A stretch of 64,000 nucleotides of DNA from a virus: the IMG/VR virus record IMGVR_UViG_3300042861_001913. One strand, given 5' to 3'. How positions within the stretch are numbered: the stretch's first letter is position 1; each line of letters opens with the position of its first letter. The translations under genes were made by a program, and so were the position numbers. Below are positions 18,748 through 27,885 of this stretch, one piece after another. The notes beneath the pieces were generated by a model. The model was not told the DNA's origin. It did not search any database and saw only the letters and a program-made list of their open reading frames with translations.

Positions 18748-19063
18748 AATACACTCCAGGTTTAGGTAAATCTCTATCAGGTAATCCAGTTATAATTGTA
18801 ATTATCTCTAAATCAATACTAGGTATATAATTACTTAAATACATAGAATTACATGACTTAAATGCTGTAAATAAATCAATTTCTCTATTAAAGAACTTAT
18901 CATCTACAGGTAAGAAAACATAGGATTGATAATCATCTTCTTGTTCTAAACATAATGCTAGATGTTTAACACCGTTATAATTAACAATTCCCATCATTAA
19001 AAAATCATACCATTCAGTATCTAATTGATATAGTAGTTTATTCATTCCAGTAATCGTACTCAT
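18737..19063 (-). CDS. hypothetical protein (108 aa)
   Basis: ORF track. Confidence 0.5.
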   Translation of the reverse strand: MSTITGMNKLLYQLDTEWYDFLMMGIVNYNGVKHLALCLEQEDDYQSYVFLPVDDKFFNREIDLFTAFKSCNSMYLSNYIPSIDLEIITIITGLPDRDLPKPGVYYGL

Positions 19064-19814
19064 TAATTGCTAATTTAGAAACAGTTTCAACTACAGCCGC
19101 CAAATCACACTGGTATAAATTGCTACATGATAGGCTGTTCAACTCAAGTACATGATAACTACCATTGGCGAAACATACATCTACTGTATAGATATCATCT
19201 GGACACCAAGTTAATTCATTTAATATTGATTGAAGATATTCAATTGCTGCGTTAGATGTTACATTTGTTTCAATTGGCAGATATTGAGATCCTGCAACGA
19301 TAGTATTACCAGTAACTACAAATCTCCACTCCAAATCTACTTTTTTAACTGGTGAACTAATAACTAGTAACTCAGGATGGAGATTCAACTTAATGAACTC
19401 ATCTCTAGTATAAGTTCCACCATTAAACTCCTTGAATCCAATATCAGGTCGAACAAATAATCTATCAGCATACCATCGTCTAATTAACTCAGATCCTGAC
19501 ATCATGGTGTAATTGGTATTCAACATATACTTACCCCAGTAAGCATAATATGTTGAACAATTAAAGTTATCACGGTTACAATATGTGCCAGGAATCCATA
19601 GTGTGTACTCCACTTCACTACTTACATTAAGTGAACCTCTGAATATAACTGGTTGACTTAGTAGTTTAGTATATCGTTGATTACGTGCTATATCGTCAAC
19701 GTAGTAATCATGCTTATAATCAATCTCAATCACATTATGACCTTGTTTTCTTACCTCTTCAATAAGTTGAACTTCGTTATCAAATATACCATGTTCAATA
19801 ACCCAAGTGACCAT
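19038..19814 (-). CDS. ATP-grasp-like (R2K-clade-like) protein, tentative
   Basis: LFVRPDIGFKEFNGGTY ... LEWRFVVTGNTIVAGSQY resembles the K...E-R-ff core of phage ATP-grasp proteins. Confidence 0.4.
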   Translation of the reverse strand: MVTWVIEHGIFDNEVQLIEEVRKQGHNVIEIDYKHDYYVDDIARNQRYTKLLSQPVIFRGSLNVSSEVEYTLWIPGTYCNRDNFNCSTYYAYWGKYMLNTNYTMMSGSELIRRWYADRLFVRPDIGFKEFNGGTYTRDEFIKLNLHPELLVISSPVKKVDLEWRFVVTGNTIVAGSQYLPIETNVTSNAAIEYLQSILNELTWCPDDIYTVDVCFANGSYHVLELNSLSCSNLYQCDLAAVVETVSKLAINEYDYWNE

Positions 19815-19816
19815 AA

Positions 19817-20008
19817 TTATTCTCCTAATGGATAAATGTCATCTAAAAACACTAACTTAACCCAATACATATCTAATGTAAAATCCTTAGTTATTGATAC
19901 TACATCAGCATAAGTACCCCAGAAATAAACATAACCAGTATCTAATAACCTGAGAGCTTCTGACTCAGTAAGAAAAATAGTTATGGTTCTGATTGATGTA
20001 AATATCAT
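19817..20008 (-). CDS. hypothetical protein (63 aa)
   Basis: ORF track. Confidence 0.45.
   Translation of the reverse strand: MIFTSIRTITIFLTESEALRLLDTGYVYFWGTYADVVSITKDFTLDMYWVKLVFLDDIYPLGE
19968..19977 (+). repeat. iterated 10-mer GTAAGAAAAA copy
   Basis: exact match; antisense in 19817..20008 (IFLT). Confidence 0.9.
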
Positions 20009-20253
20009 GAGTTTAAGTAATCATATTCTTCCCAATACTTATCTCTGAATTTATAAAGTATCTCTAAATTTTCATTACCGTAATCACCTAATGACAACAC
20101 TCTATTAATAGTATATTGCCAATGATGAGCTTTATCATAATAAGGTGTTATTTTAATGTGACAGTAACATCCATCAACTGCAACATCATATATCTGATTA
20201 GCTAATATCCAAGTGTCACGATGGGCTAATTTAGCTGCATTATGAGAATCCAT
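20005..20253 (-). CDS. hypothetical protein (82 aa)
   Basis: ORF track. Confidence 0.5.
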   Translation of the reverse strand: MDSHNAAKLAHRDTWILANQIYDVAVDGCYCHIKITPYYDKAHHWQYTINRVLSLGDYGNENLEILYKFRDKYWEEYDYLNS

Positions 20254-20326
20254 ACAATCTTAACTTTCATATTCAACATCATATAACAATCGTATTATCT
20301 CTTGTATCTTATTCCACTTAACATCA

Positions 20327-20740
20327 TTACTTAACATATTTAACCTGCTTAATAATGTAAATAACTACACATAGAATCATTATGGCGGGAATAATATGGA
20401 TGGCGCGATCTACACACAACTTATTATGTATGTTGACATACTGCCAAGATAGACTAACAAATAAACTTGGTATGCCTATATCTATTAGTATCTCAACTAT
20501 GTGAAGTAGTGATCTGTATAAGCTTGACTTCCGCGAGTTATCGTATTCACGTTGAATCTCTAACCAGTAATGTTCATCATGTCCTAATAGTATAGCTAGA
20601 TGTTTAGCTAGATATTCATTAATTGGTTTAACACCTTCAATAGTAAGTAATATGTCTGATTCACTATATCCAGTTGATTTAGCTATCTGAGATATAGTTA
20701 CATTACTATTTATTATTGTTGTTCCAAGTTTATCGTTCAT
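20327..20740 (-). CDS. membrane-anchored XRE/HigA-like HTH protein
   Basis: N-terminal HTH VTISQIAKSTGYSESDILLTIEG; two C-terminal hydrophobic helices IGIPSLFVSLSWQYV and IIPAIMILCVVIYII. Confidence 0.55.
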   Translation of the reverse strand: MNDKLGTTIINSNVTISQIAKSTGYSESDILLTIEGVKPINEYLAKHLAILLGHDEHYWLEIQREYDNSRKSSLYRSLLHIVEILIDIGIPSLFVSLSWQYVNIHNKLCVDRAIHIIPAIMILCVVIYIIKQVKYVK

Positions 20741-20752
20741 TTATTCCTCTAT

Positions 20753-21123
20753 TTAATACTTATTTAATAACTGTAAACCTGTACTATCTGCAACTATGTA
20801 ATTATCTCCTGGTAGCGATAATTCCCAATATGGTAATTCAGTTTCAGTATCAAGAGAAAACACATCAATTGATTTATTTGTAAATTTAAAGTAAAACTCA
20901 CAACTACTTCTTTTATAATTAAATCACCATTAATTACTAAATTACTCATCTTAATAACTAATTCATATTCACCTCTCATTAAATCACTTAACTTAGGATG
21001 AGTATAATTAGTTAAGTTACCGAAATGTAATACAACTACATCACCATAACTATCACTAACTTGAGTTAGAGGTTGTCCAATTAACTCAGATGTTAATTCA
21101 TTAAACTTATCTATTGTAATCAT
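20753..21123 (-). CDS. hypothetical protein needing a -1 frame change near 20908-20920 (or a frameshifted pseudogene)
   Basis: frame 0 (track ORF 20794..21123) becomes low-quality after ...NGDLIIK; the -1 frame continues as RSSCEFYFKFTNKSIDVFSLDTETELPYWELSLPGDNYIVADSTGLQLLNKY and stops at 20753, 13 nt before the next RBS/start. Confidence 0.4.
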
Positions 21124-21425
21124 GTCAGTCTAAACTCCAGTTGTCTTATCTCATGTTTAATTGCAGCAATATCTAAATCAATTTGTTTTATAGATTGTTC
21201 ATTATTTAGTAGTTTAAGTTTAATTGACTTTAGTTTATTCAATTGAAATTTAAGTTTTTTCAAACCATATTTAATTTCCCAGTCATCACAATACTTTCCC
21301 ACGTAAGAAACAAATTGATTAGGATAATGCTTTTTACAATCTTTATAAGCTTGATATTTGCTGTATTTAGCAGGAGAATATTTAACTTCAGATTTATCGT
21401 CTATTGCAAATACATATTGAATCAT
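21120..21425 (-). CDS. hypothetical coiled-coil protein (101 aa from MIQYVFAIDD)
   Basis: track ORF extends to 21491 across a hairpin and the upstream gene's stop; ATG 21425 follows the hairpin. Confidence 0.5.
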   Translation of the reverse strand: MIQYVFAIDDKSEVKYSPAKYSKYQAYKDCKKHYPNQFVSYVGKYCDDWEIKYGLKKLKFQLNKLKSIKLKLLNNEQSIKQIDLDIAAIKHEIRQLEFRLT

Positions 21426-21433
21426 ATTATTAA

Positions 21434-21450
21434 GCGGGCTATTAACCCGC
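21434..21450 (-). promoter_or_regulatory. GC-clamped hairpin GCGGG-CTATTAA-CCCGC
   Basis: 5-bp GC stem directly after the stop of 21457..22602. Confidence 0.45.
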
Positions 21451-21456
21451 ACTACT

Positions 21457-22602
21457 CTAAGCTTCTTTAACGAATGGATAATTAAAATCAATACGACCTT
21501 CTCTCATAGCTGCAATATCCCATCGTTCAGTTGTATTGCAAGTGAAGATTGTAATGATTTGAGGTAAACGAGTTTGTTCAAATGGTGTAATAGCTGTATA
21601 GACATTACCATCTAACCAAGATAACATCTTCTCAGTTGCGCCATCATTATTAGATGTCCGACTTGGAGCTATGTTATCTGCATCATTAACAACTATGGCT
21701 ATTTTAGATAGGTATGCTGGAGGTGTAAAACTTCTCATACTAGCACTATCCATGTTGATGATGATGTAACCTAGTTTAGATAACACTTCCTTACAATAGG
21801 AGTTACTCCAACTAGTTTTACCAACACCGGGTTCTCCAGTTAATATTACATTGAGTTTATTAATCTCACCTAACTCAAGTTGTTCAACTTTATCATTAAT
21901 AACATTAGTTAATTCAGCATTATTAACGAAACTACTTAATTCATAGTTAGCATTAGGATAACCAATTTGATAATTATCACTTGTTATATAAGCTGCTAAA
22001 TTAGATGCAGCTTTATCAATGTAACTATGTAATGTAGTTTCATCAGCAAAACTAACTCTAATACGCGGATTGTCCCCATATTGAGTATGGATAATACACG
22101 TTGCGTTATCCCATTTAACTTCGATAGTTCCAACTAAAGTTAACTTAGCAACATCTACATTAACATCATGTGATAGAAATACTCTACGACTATCATCCCA
22201 TACGTATTGAATAATACTATTAGGTAGACCAAGTAAATTAACTATTCGATAGATAATACTTAATTGAAGTAGGTCTAATATGTGAGGTTTATTATTGCTA
22301 TTATTAACCTTCCCAGTATTACGAGTTGTATCATCTACACTAATGTAGTAGAACCCACCTTCATCTTCGATATTACACTTACTAGTTTCAACGATGAACG
22401 TATCCCAACTATCAGATACAGTTTCGCTAAATAGAGCAATAATATTAGCTATAGGATGTCTAGTTACATTGAACAATTCATTACTAACTGTAGATATAAA
22501 CTTACCTGCATTCCAGAGATTAATGCGCGATATATCAATCTCAGGAGTGAATATTTCCCAACCTTCAGCTACTAGTTGAGCAATTTCTGTTTGTTTAGAC
22601 AT
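21457..22602 (-). CDS. AAA+ ATPase (381 aa)
   Basis: Walker A LTGEPGVGKTSW, Walker B-like IAIVVNDADN in the C-terminal half. Confidence 0.65.
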   Translation of the reverse strand: MSKQTEIAQLVAEGWEIFTPEIDISRINLWNAGKFISTVSNELFNVTRHPIANIIALFSETVSDSWDTFIVETSKCNIEDEGGFYYISVDDTTRNTGKVNNSNNKPHILDLLQLSIIYRIVNLLGLPNSIIQYVWDDSRRVFLSHDVNVDVAKLTLVGTIEVKWDNATCIIHTQYGDNPRIRVSFADETTLHSYIDKAASNLAAYITSDNYQIGYPNANYELSSFVNNAELTNVINDKVEQLELGEINKLNVILTGEPGVGKTSWSNSYCKEVLSKLGYIIINMDSASMRSFTPPAYLSKIAIVVNDADNIAPSRTSNNDGATEKMLSWLDGNVYTAITPFEQTRLPQIITIFTCNTTERWDIAAMREGRIDFNYPFVKEA

Positions 22603-22611
22603 TTTAATTCC

Positions 22612-22621
22612 TTTTTCTTAC
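22612..22621 (-). repeat. iterated 10-mer GTAAGAAAAA copy (intergenic)
   Basis: plus strand TTTTTCTTAC; in gene direction GTAAGAAAAAGGAATTAAAATG, 9 nt before ATG 22602. Confidence 0.9.
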
Positions 22622-22653
22622 GTTGTTTAAATAGTGACTTGAATTTGCGTCGT

Positions 22654-23031
22654 CTACTCATTAATCAATGATTCAAGTTTCTGTTTAGCTTCAACAGTTT
22701 TCATTAACTCAGTGTTATAAATATCCATGATCTTACTTGCCCATTCACCTAGAGATCTTTTACGTATACCATAGTTCATGTGCATATACATAACCTGCTC
22801 AACTAATTTCATAGCTAATACTGGACTTTTAATTTGATCTGGAACATCGTTGAGAAAATCAAAGAACTGATTATCTTTCATTAACTTATAATCTTTAACT
22901 GCCTCCTTACGTGGAAACCAATTATAGTTAGCCATAAATCGAAAGTTATGAATCATTGCATCAAGACGTTTAAACATATAACACCTATCTGACTTATATA
23001 CGTCAATTTTACAATTAAGACAATTATACAT
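22654..23031 (-). CDS. hypothetical protein (125 aa)
   Basis: ORF track. Confidence 0.55.
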   Translation of the reverse strand: MYNCLNCKIDVYKSDRCYMFKRLDAMIHNFRFMANYNWFPRKEAVKDYKLMKDNQFFDFLNDVPDQIKSPVLAMKLVEQVMYMHMNYGIRKRSLGEWASKIMDIYNTELMKTVEAKQKLESLINE

Positions 23032-24330
23032 CTAGATTTTCTCTCTATATGTACCACCACTCTGAAGACTAATGCGACGGAGATCCGCATTCTTACTATC
23101 TAATATGAAACTATGCAATTTAGCTCCTTTAAACATAGACAATGTTATGTTACCAGCATAATCATCACCATCATTAACCACTACAAGATGTTTGTCCTTA
23201 GCACTTATTTGATTAGGATGTTCAGCAGCTATCTTATCTGCTTGAAGTAATGCCTCAACTATACAATTACCAACTTCAGTACCTCCTTCATTAAAACCCT
23301 CATTTTTAATAACTGAATTGAAGAAACTACTTATATCAGCATAATCAAATGGGAGAAAGTAGAATTTATGACAATGTTCCTCAAAGAAAGAGAAGTTGAG
23401 CCAACATTCGCCAGCATAAGCACGTTTAACTAGGTTATATATAATCCCCATAGCTTTATAGTTCTTATTGGCAGAACGCATAGATGCACTATTATCAACT
23501 ATTAAGTTAACAAATGGAATCTTGGATTGTTTTTCATACCTTTCATTAACATGACATTCATTCTCAATGATCCGCGAATTAAGTACATTGCGAGGTAGTA
23601 TTAACTCTCTCGGTGGTATCTTATGCAGTTCATCAAATCCAGTTATGGGACGACTACGAACTATATTTCCATTAACTTTACGTATTAATGTAGGAGTTGG
23701 TGCAGTAGAAAGCGCAGCTATCTTATTCATAACAGCACTAACACGTAGTATCTCAGTCCAGGATTTGTCCAATTTAGCAGCACGATTTACGTTATTTACA
23801 TCATTATTACCAGTTATCTTCATGTCAACTGAATCCATTGACTTAGCTGCTTCTAATTTCTTCTTAATACTAACTGCTAATTGTTTAGCTCTTCCTCTAC
23901 TCATGTCTTGATCTTTATCAAGAAACTTTATAGTATTAATAGCTTGTTCGAGGGGACTATCTCCTGGAACATCTACACCCATTATTTCTTTAATAAACTC
24001 CTGAGTATCAGTTTGAACCTTTACGTCATGTTTATGCCATTCATCTTGAGCCTGACTTAGCTTGGTTACAGTTCCACCGCTAGGTAACTTATATTCACCA
24101 TTAGACTCAGTATGTAGATTGCGATAATTAGTATTACTTCTGATATGTTTAAGAGTAGTTAATTGACCACCACTCCACATATTAGCTAGATCCGTCACTA
24201 ATTCTTCATCATAATGCGCGACATTCATCTCACTTGTCATTTGACGTATTTCCCTTGGAAATACAGTGTAATAACTACTTGCTTCTGTTCTAATTGTCAT
24301 AGTAATAGTGGGGATAATACGTCCCCACAT
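23032..24330 (-). CDS. VWA-domain protein, copy A (432 aa)
   Basis: MIDAS motif LIVDNSASM (DxSxS); C-terminal ...HSFILDSKN...SGGTYREKI shared with copy B. Confidence 0.7.
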   Translation of the reverse strand: MWGRIIPTITMTIRTEASSYYTVFPREIRQMTSEMNVAHYDEELVTDLANMWSGGQLTTLKHIRSNTNYRNLHTESNGEYKLPSGGTVTKLSQAQDEWHKHDVKVQTDTQEFIKEIMGVDVPGDSPLEQAINTIKFLDKDQDMSRGRAKQLAVSIKKKLEAAKSMDSVDMKITGNNDVNNVNRAAKLDKSWTEILRVSAVMNKIAALSTAPTPTLIRKVNGNIVRSRPITGFDELHKIPPRELILPRNVLNSRIIENECHVNERYEKQSKIPFVNLIVDNSASMRSANKNYKAMGIIYNLVKRAYAGECWLNFSFFEEHCHKFYFLPFDYADISSFFNSVIKNEGFNEGGTEVGNCIVEALLQADKIAAEHPNQISAKDKHLVVVNDGDDYAGNITLSMFKGAKLHSFILDSKNADLRRISLQSGGTYREKI

Positions 24331-24338
24331 AATGTTAA

Positions 24339-25514
24339 TTACTTAATTACTGTTGCAGATGCTAATGCAGGAATTTCATTCATAGTTTTTCTAGCTTGAT
24401 TACCTACCGTGTTAATAAGATCATTTCTCTCTTTAACTAAACTATCTGGAATATTACTAACGTTAATAATATGACCCTCCATAAGTTGAAGTGAATTAAC
24501 TAGAGCAAATATAGATACAACATCTTTTTTCGCCTTATATTCATTAATCTTATCAACGGCTATATCAAAGTGAGTCTTAAATGTATCAAGACTAGATTTA
24601 GCATCATTGTAAATCTTCTGTTGTTGTATTTCTTCTTCTAAGTTAGATAGAAGTGATTGATCCCAACTTGGAAGATAATTGAGTACATTAAGTTGTTCAA
24701 TAGTAGCAACTGATTTATTACTCAGTAACGCCTGAGACTTAATCATATTAATAGTCCACATAAACATACGAGGACTAATAATACGACCTTCATTACCAGA
24801 TTTCTCAGCTAGAGAACACAGAATACCTTGTAACTCTCTATCTAATTTAACTTCTTCACGATAAATACGAGCTTCATCAATCTGAGCAATAGTTAACTTG
24901 CTATCATCATTCTTCTTATTACTAATAGCACGAATTAATCTAGAATAATCACTACTATCATGACTATCCCATTCATGACGTACAATAATGAAACGTTGAA
25001 GAAACGCATCACATGAATTAACTTCAGATGGTGGTAATTCTTCTATACGAACATAAGGATTAACGTTAGTTGCTCCAACTAACAACCTATTAATACTCTT
25101 AACTACTTCGCCATTAAGTGTTAATTGCTTATTAGTAATTATAGCTTTAAGTACGCTAAGTGCTTGAAAACTAGCATCTAACATCTCTTCATAAAAGAAG
25201 CTATGATTACGTAATATACTAGCTCCTACATTATAGTGAGCTAATGTAATGTCTTCCTTATCAGTCTTAGTAGTACGAGCTATTGCACCACCTTTAATTA
25301 AACTAGCTGTAGTCTCAGGATCACACTCTAACATTGCAGATGATCCATCAATGTTGTCAAATACAGCTTTAATCATCTCAGTTTTACCGTATCCTCCCTT
25401 ACCATATAACATAAGAGGAATACCAGATACAACAGCTAATTCCATAGAGTTAGCAAATGTAGCGGTGTTAATAAATCCAGCGTTAGATAAAACGTTGTTT
25501 AAATTGAATGTCAT
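24339..25514 (-). CDS. MoxR/CbbQ/NorQ-like AAA+ ATPase, copy A (391 aa)
   Basis: Walker A YGKGGYGKTEM; MLECDPETT, IKGGAIART, LDASFQALSVLKAIIT, VGATN, FLQRFIIV blocks shared with copy B. Confidence 0.7.
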   Translation of the reverse strand: MTFNLNNVLSNAGFINTATFANSMELAVVSGIPLMLYGKGGYGKTEMIKAVFDNIDGSSAMLECDPETTASLIKGGAIARTTKTDKEDITLAHYNVGASILRNHSFFYEEMLDASFQALSVLKAIITNKQLTLNGEVVKSINRLLVGATNVNPYVRIEELPPSEVNSCDAFLQRFIIVRHEWDSHDSSDYSRLIRAISNKKNDDSKLTIAQIDEARIYREEVKLDRELQGILCSLAEKSGNEGRIISPRMFMWTINMIKSQALLSNKSVATIEQLNVLNYLPSWDQSLLSNLEEEIQQQKIYNDAKSSLDTFKTHFDIAVDKINEYKAKKDVVSIFALVNSLQLMEGHIINVSNIPDSLVKERNDLINTVGNQARKTMNEIPALASATVIK

Positions 25515-25523
25515 GTGATTCTC

Positions 25524-26669
25524 CTAGATATGATTACGATATGTACCACCACTAGCAATAGATAACTTCTGTAAGTTATAATTACTGCTATCTAATATAA
25601 AACTATGTAACTTAAATCCATCTAAATCAGGTAGAGTTAAGTTACATTCATCTTGACCATCATTAATTACAATTAGTTGTTTATTAGTTGATATTACACC
25701 TCTAGACTTACTAATAGCCTCTTTAATACACCTCTGAACATCAGTACCCCCTTTATCAAATGATGTATGATAGATAGCATTCCAGATACTAGTAACATCT
25801 GAATCCTTAGTTACGTGATACCAATCGAAACAAGTTCTCTCAAAGTAAGAAAAAAGTAGTTCACACTCACCCGATTGGACACGCTTAATTATGTTGAATA
25901 TGATACCAAGAGCCTTATTCATCTTGTTATCATGTTGCATAGAACCACTAACATCACATATTAGCGTTATAAATGAAAGTTTATCCTCCTTCCGATATCG
26001 TTCAATAATGTGAGATTCATTATTAATGATGCGATAACTGAGATAATTAACTGGATTAATCAACTCAATTGGATTGATTAGATTAAGTTCATCAAATCCG
26101 CGTATAGGTCTAGTTTCGCAGTATTCACCAGTAGAATCGGCGATCATAGTATTACTAGTATCTATGATACCTAACTTATCAAGAGTGTCACTAGCACGTA
26201 ATACCTCAGCTAATTTATAACTGATTTCACCAGATAGAAGTAACTTCTCATCGGCGGATCTACGTCCCAGTGATTTAACAGTTTCCTTAATACTCTTAAC
26301 CTTTTTTCTTACCTCATGATTATTATTGAATATTGGTAATGTTAATTCACTATTACTATTATCATCACCAGTTTCACCATTAGCTAATAACTCAAGTATG
26401 TTAAATACTTGTTCTAATGGAGATCCCAATAAACTACTAGCTAATGATGGTACTTTCTCTAGGAAAGATTGAACATTGACTTCATAATCAATGTTATCTA
26501 TACACTGTTGCTGCATATATTCAACTGAAGTTAATGTACCTCCAGTTAACATATTAAACATATCAGTAACTAAAGTAGGACAATAGTTATAAATGTCGAA
26601 TTTAGCAGCAACTACATCCATTTCATCAGTAGTTGGAGTAACTGCATCTAGATGTGCGATAGTTCTCAT
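25524..26669 (-). CDS. VWA-domain protein, copy B (381 aa)
   Basis: MIDAS LICDVSGSM; C-terminal HSFILDSSN...SGGTYRNHI. Confidence 0.7.
   Translation of the reverse strand: MRTIAHLDAVTPTTDEMDVVAAKFDIYNYCPTLVTDMFNMLTGGTLTSVEYMQQQCIDNIDYEVNVQSFLEKVPSLASSLLGSPLEQVFNILELLANGETGDDNSNSELTLPIFNNNHEVRKKVKSIKETVKSLGRRSADEKLLLSGEISYKLAEVLRASDTLDKLGIIDTSNTMIADSTGEYCETRPIRGFDELNLINPIELINPVNYLSYRIINNESHIIERYRKEDKLSFITLICDVSGSMQHDNKMNKALGIIFNIIKRVQSGECELLFSYFERTCFDWYHVTKDSDVTSIWNAIYHTSFDKGGTDVQRCIKEAISKSRGVISTNKQLIVINDGQDECNLTLPDLDGFKLHSFILDSSNYNLQKLSIASGGTYRNHI
25845..25855 (+). repeat. iterated motif GTAAGAAAAAA copy
   Basis: exact; antisense in VWA-B (LFSY). Confidence 0.9.
26302..26312 (-). repeat. 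iterated motif GTAAGAAAAAA copy
   Basis: plus strand TTTTTTCTTAC; sense in VWA-B but in a different phase (EVRKKV). Confidence 0.9.
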
Positions 26670-27823
26670 AGTTGAATTGCAACCATTAAGTTATCTCGTG
26701 CAATAGCAACTTCATTTAGAAGTGTGCGAAATTCTAACTTAACTTCATTGTATTTAACTTCAGTATCATCATCATACGTAACTGTAGTTAAAAATTTATC
26801 ATACAATTTACTGATTGATGTGTGACATACAGCATAGTTGTAATAGTTACTAACAGAGGTATTAAACATACGTCTAGCTGTAACTAATCTACTACTAAAG
26901 TTATCTAACTTTTCATTAGATACCTGTCTCAATTCAATCTCCTCAATTGCTTCATCAACTTCATCCCAATCAACGCTCCAGTAACTTAGATAATCAATAA
27001 CTCTGAAATCGCATCTCTCAACTACATTAGACCCACGCAATAATGCAGCACTTTTAATTAATCGCACTGTCCATTGAAATGCTCTAGGACTAACAGTATT
27101 ACCACTATTAGCACTATCTTCAGCTAACTTAGCTAATAGTCGCCATAAGTCAATATTAAATTCAATTAATTTAACATCATTACGCCATTTATCAATGTCA
27201 GTTAACTCAAATTGAACAACTGGTAATTCGTTAACTGATGGATATAATGCAACATAATCGTTAGCATTATGAGATTTCCAACCATGTTCAACTATCATGA
27301 ACCTCTGAAGAAATGCAGCACAACTATTACGTTGATTCTCACGTACTGTAGATGTTACAGATGTGGGATTAATGTTAGTCGCACATACTAGAATCTTGCA
27401 GTTATTAATGATCTCATCACCATTAATATGTATTTTCTTACCTGTAATCACAGCCTTCAGGAAACTAAGTGCATTGAAACTCGCATCTAATACTTCTTCT
27501 AACATGAAGTAGTCATGCTGTAGTAGCGAATTAGCCACATTGTAATACGCTTCAGTTAAACTACCACCTTCTTGATTAATGGTTCTTGCAATTGCGCCAC
27601 CTTTAATAGCAGCACTAGTTGTTTCAGGATCACATTCAAGCATTCCGAAACGTCCATTGAACAGAGATAATGCACTAATTAACATCTCTGATTTACCATA
27701 TCCACCTTCACCATGATAGATGATTGGGATGTCAGCTAATACGCTCAACATAAATGTATCGGCAAACTCATCTACATTAATAAATCCATCATTCTTGAGC
27801 TTATTGATTAAGTTATCTAACAT
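26666..27823 (-). CDS. MoxR/CbbQ/NorQ-like AAA+ ATPase, copy B (385 aa)
   Basis: Walker A HGEGGYGKSEM and the same conserved blocks as copy A. Confidence 0.7.
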   Translation of the reverse strand: MLDNLINKLKNDGFINVDEFADTFMLSVLADIPIIYHGEGGYGKSEMLISALSLFNGRFGMLECDPETTSAAIKGGAIARTINQEGGSLTEAYYNVANSLLQHDYFMLEEVLDASFNALSFLKAVITGKKIHINGDEIINNCKILVCATNINPTSVTSTVRENQRNSCAAFLQRFMIVEHGWKSHNANDYVALYPSVNELPVVQFELTDIDKWRNDVKLIEFNIDLWRLLAKLAEDSANSGNTVSPRAFQWTVRLIKSAALLRGSNVVERCDFRVIDYLSYWSVDWDEVDEAIEEIELRQVSNEKLDNFSSRLVTARRMFNTSVSNYYNYAVCHTSISKLYDKFLTTVTYDDDTEVKYNEVKLEFRTLLNEVAIARDNLMVAIQL

Positions 27824-27885
27824 GGAAACTCCTATTTATTTAATTCTTTGATGCGACGCATGAATACGGTGTAGTTGCTAAATCT

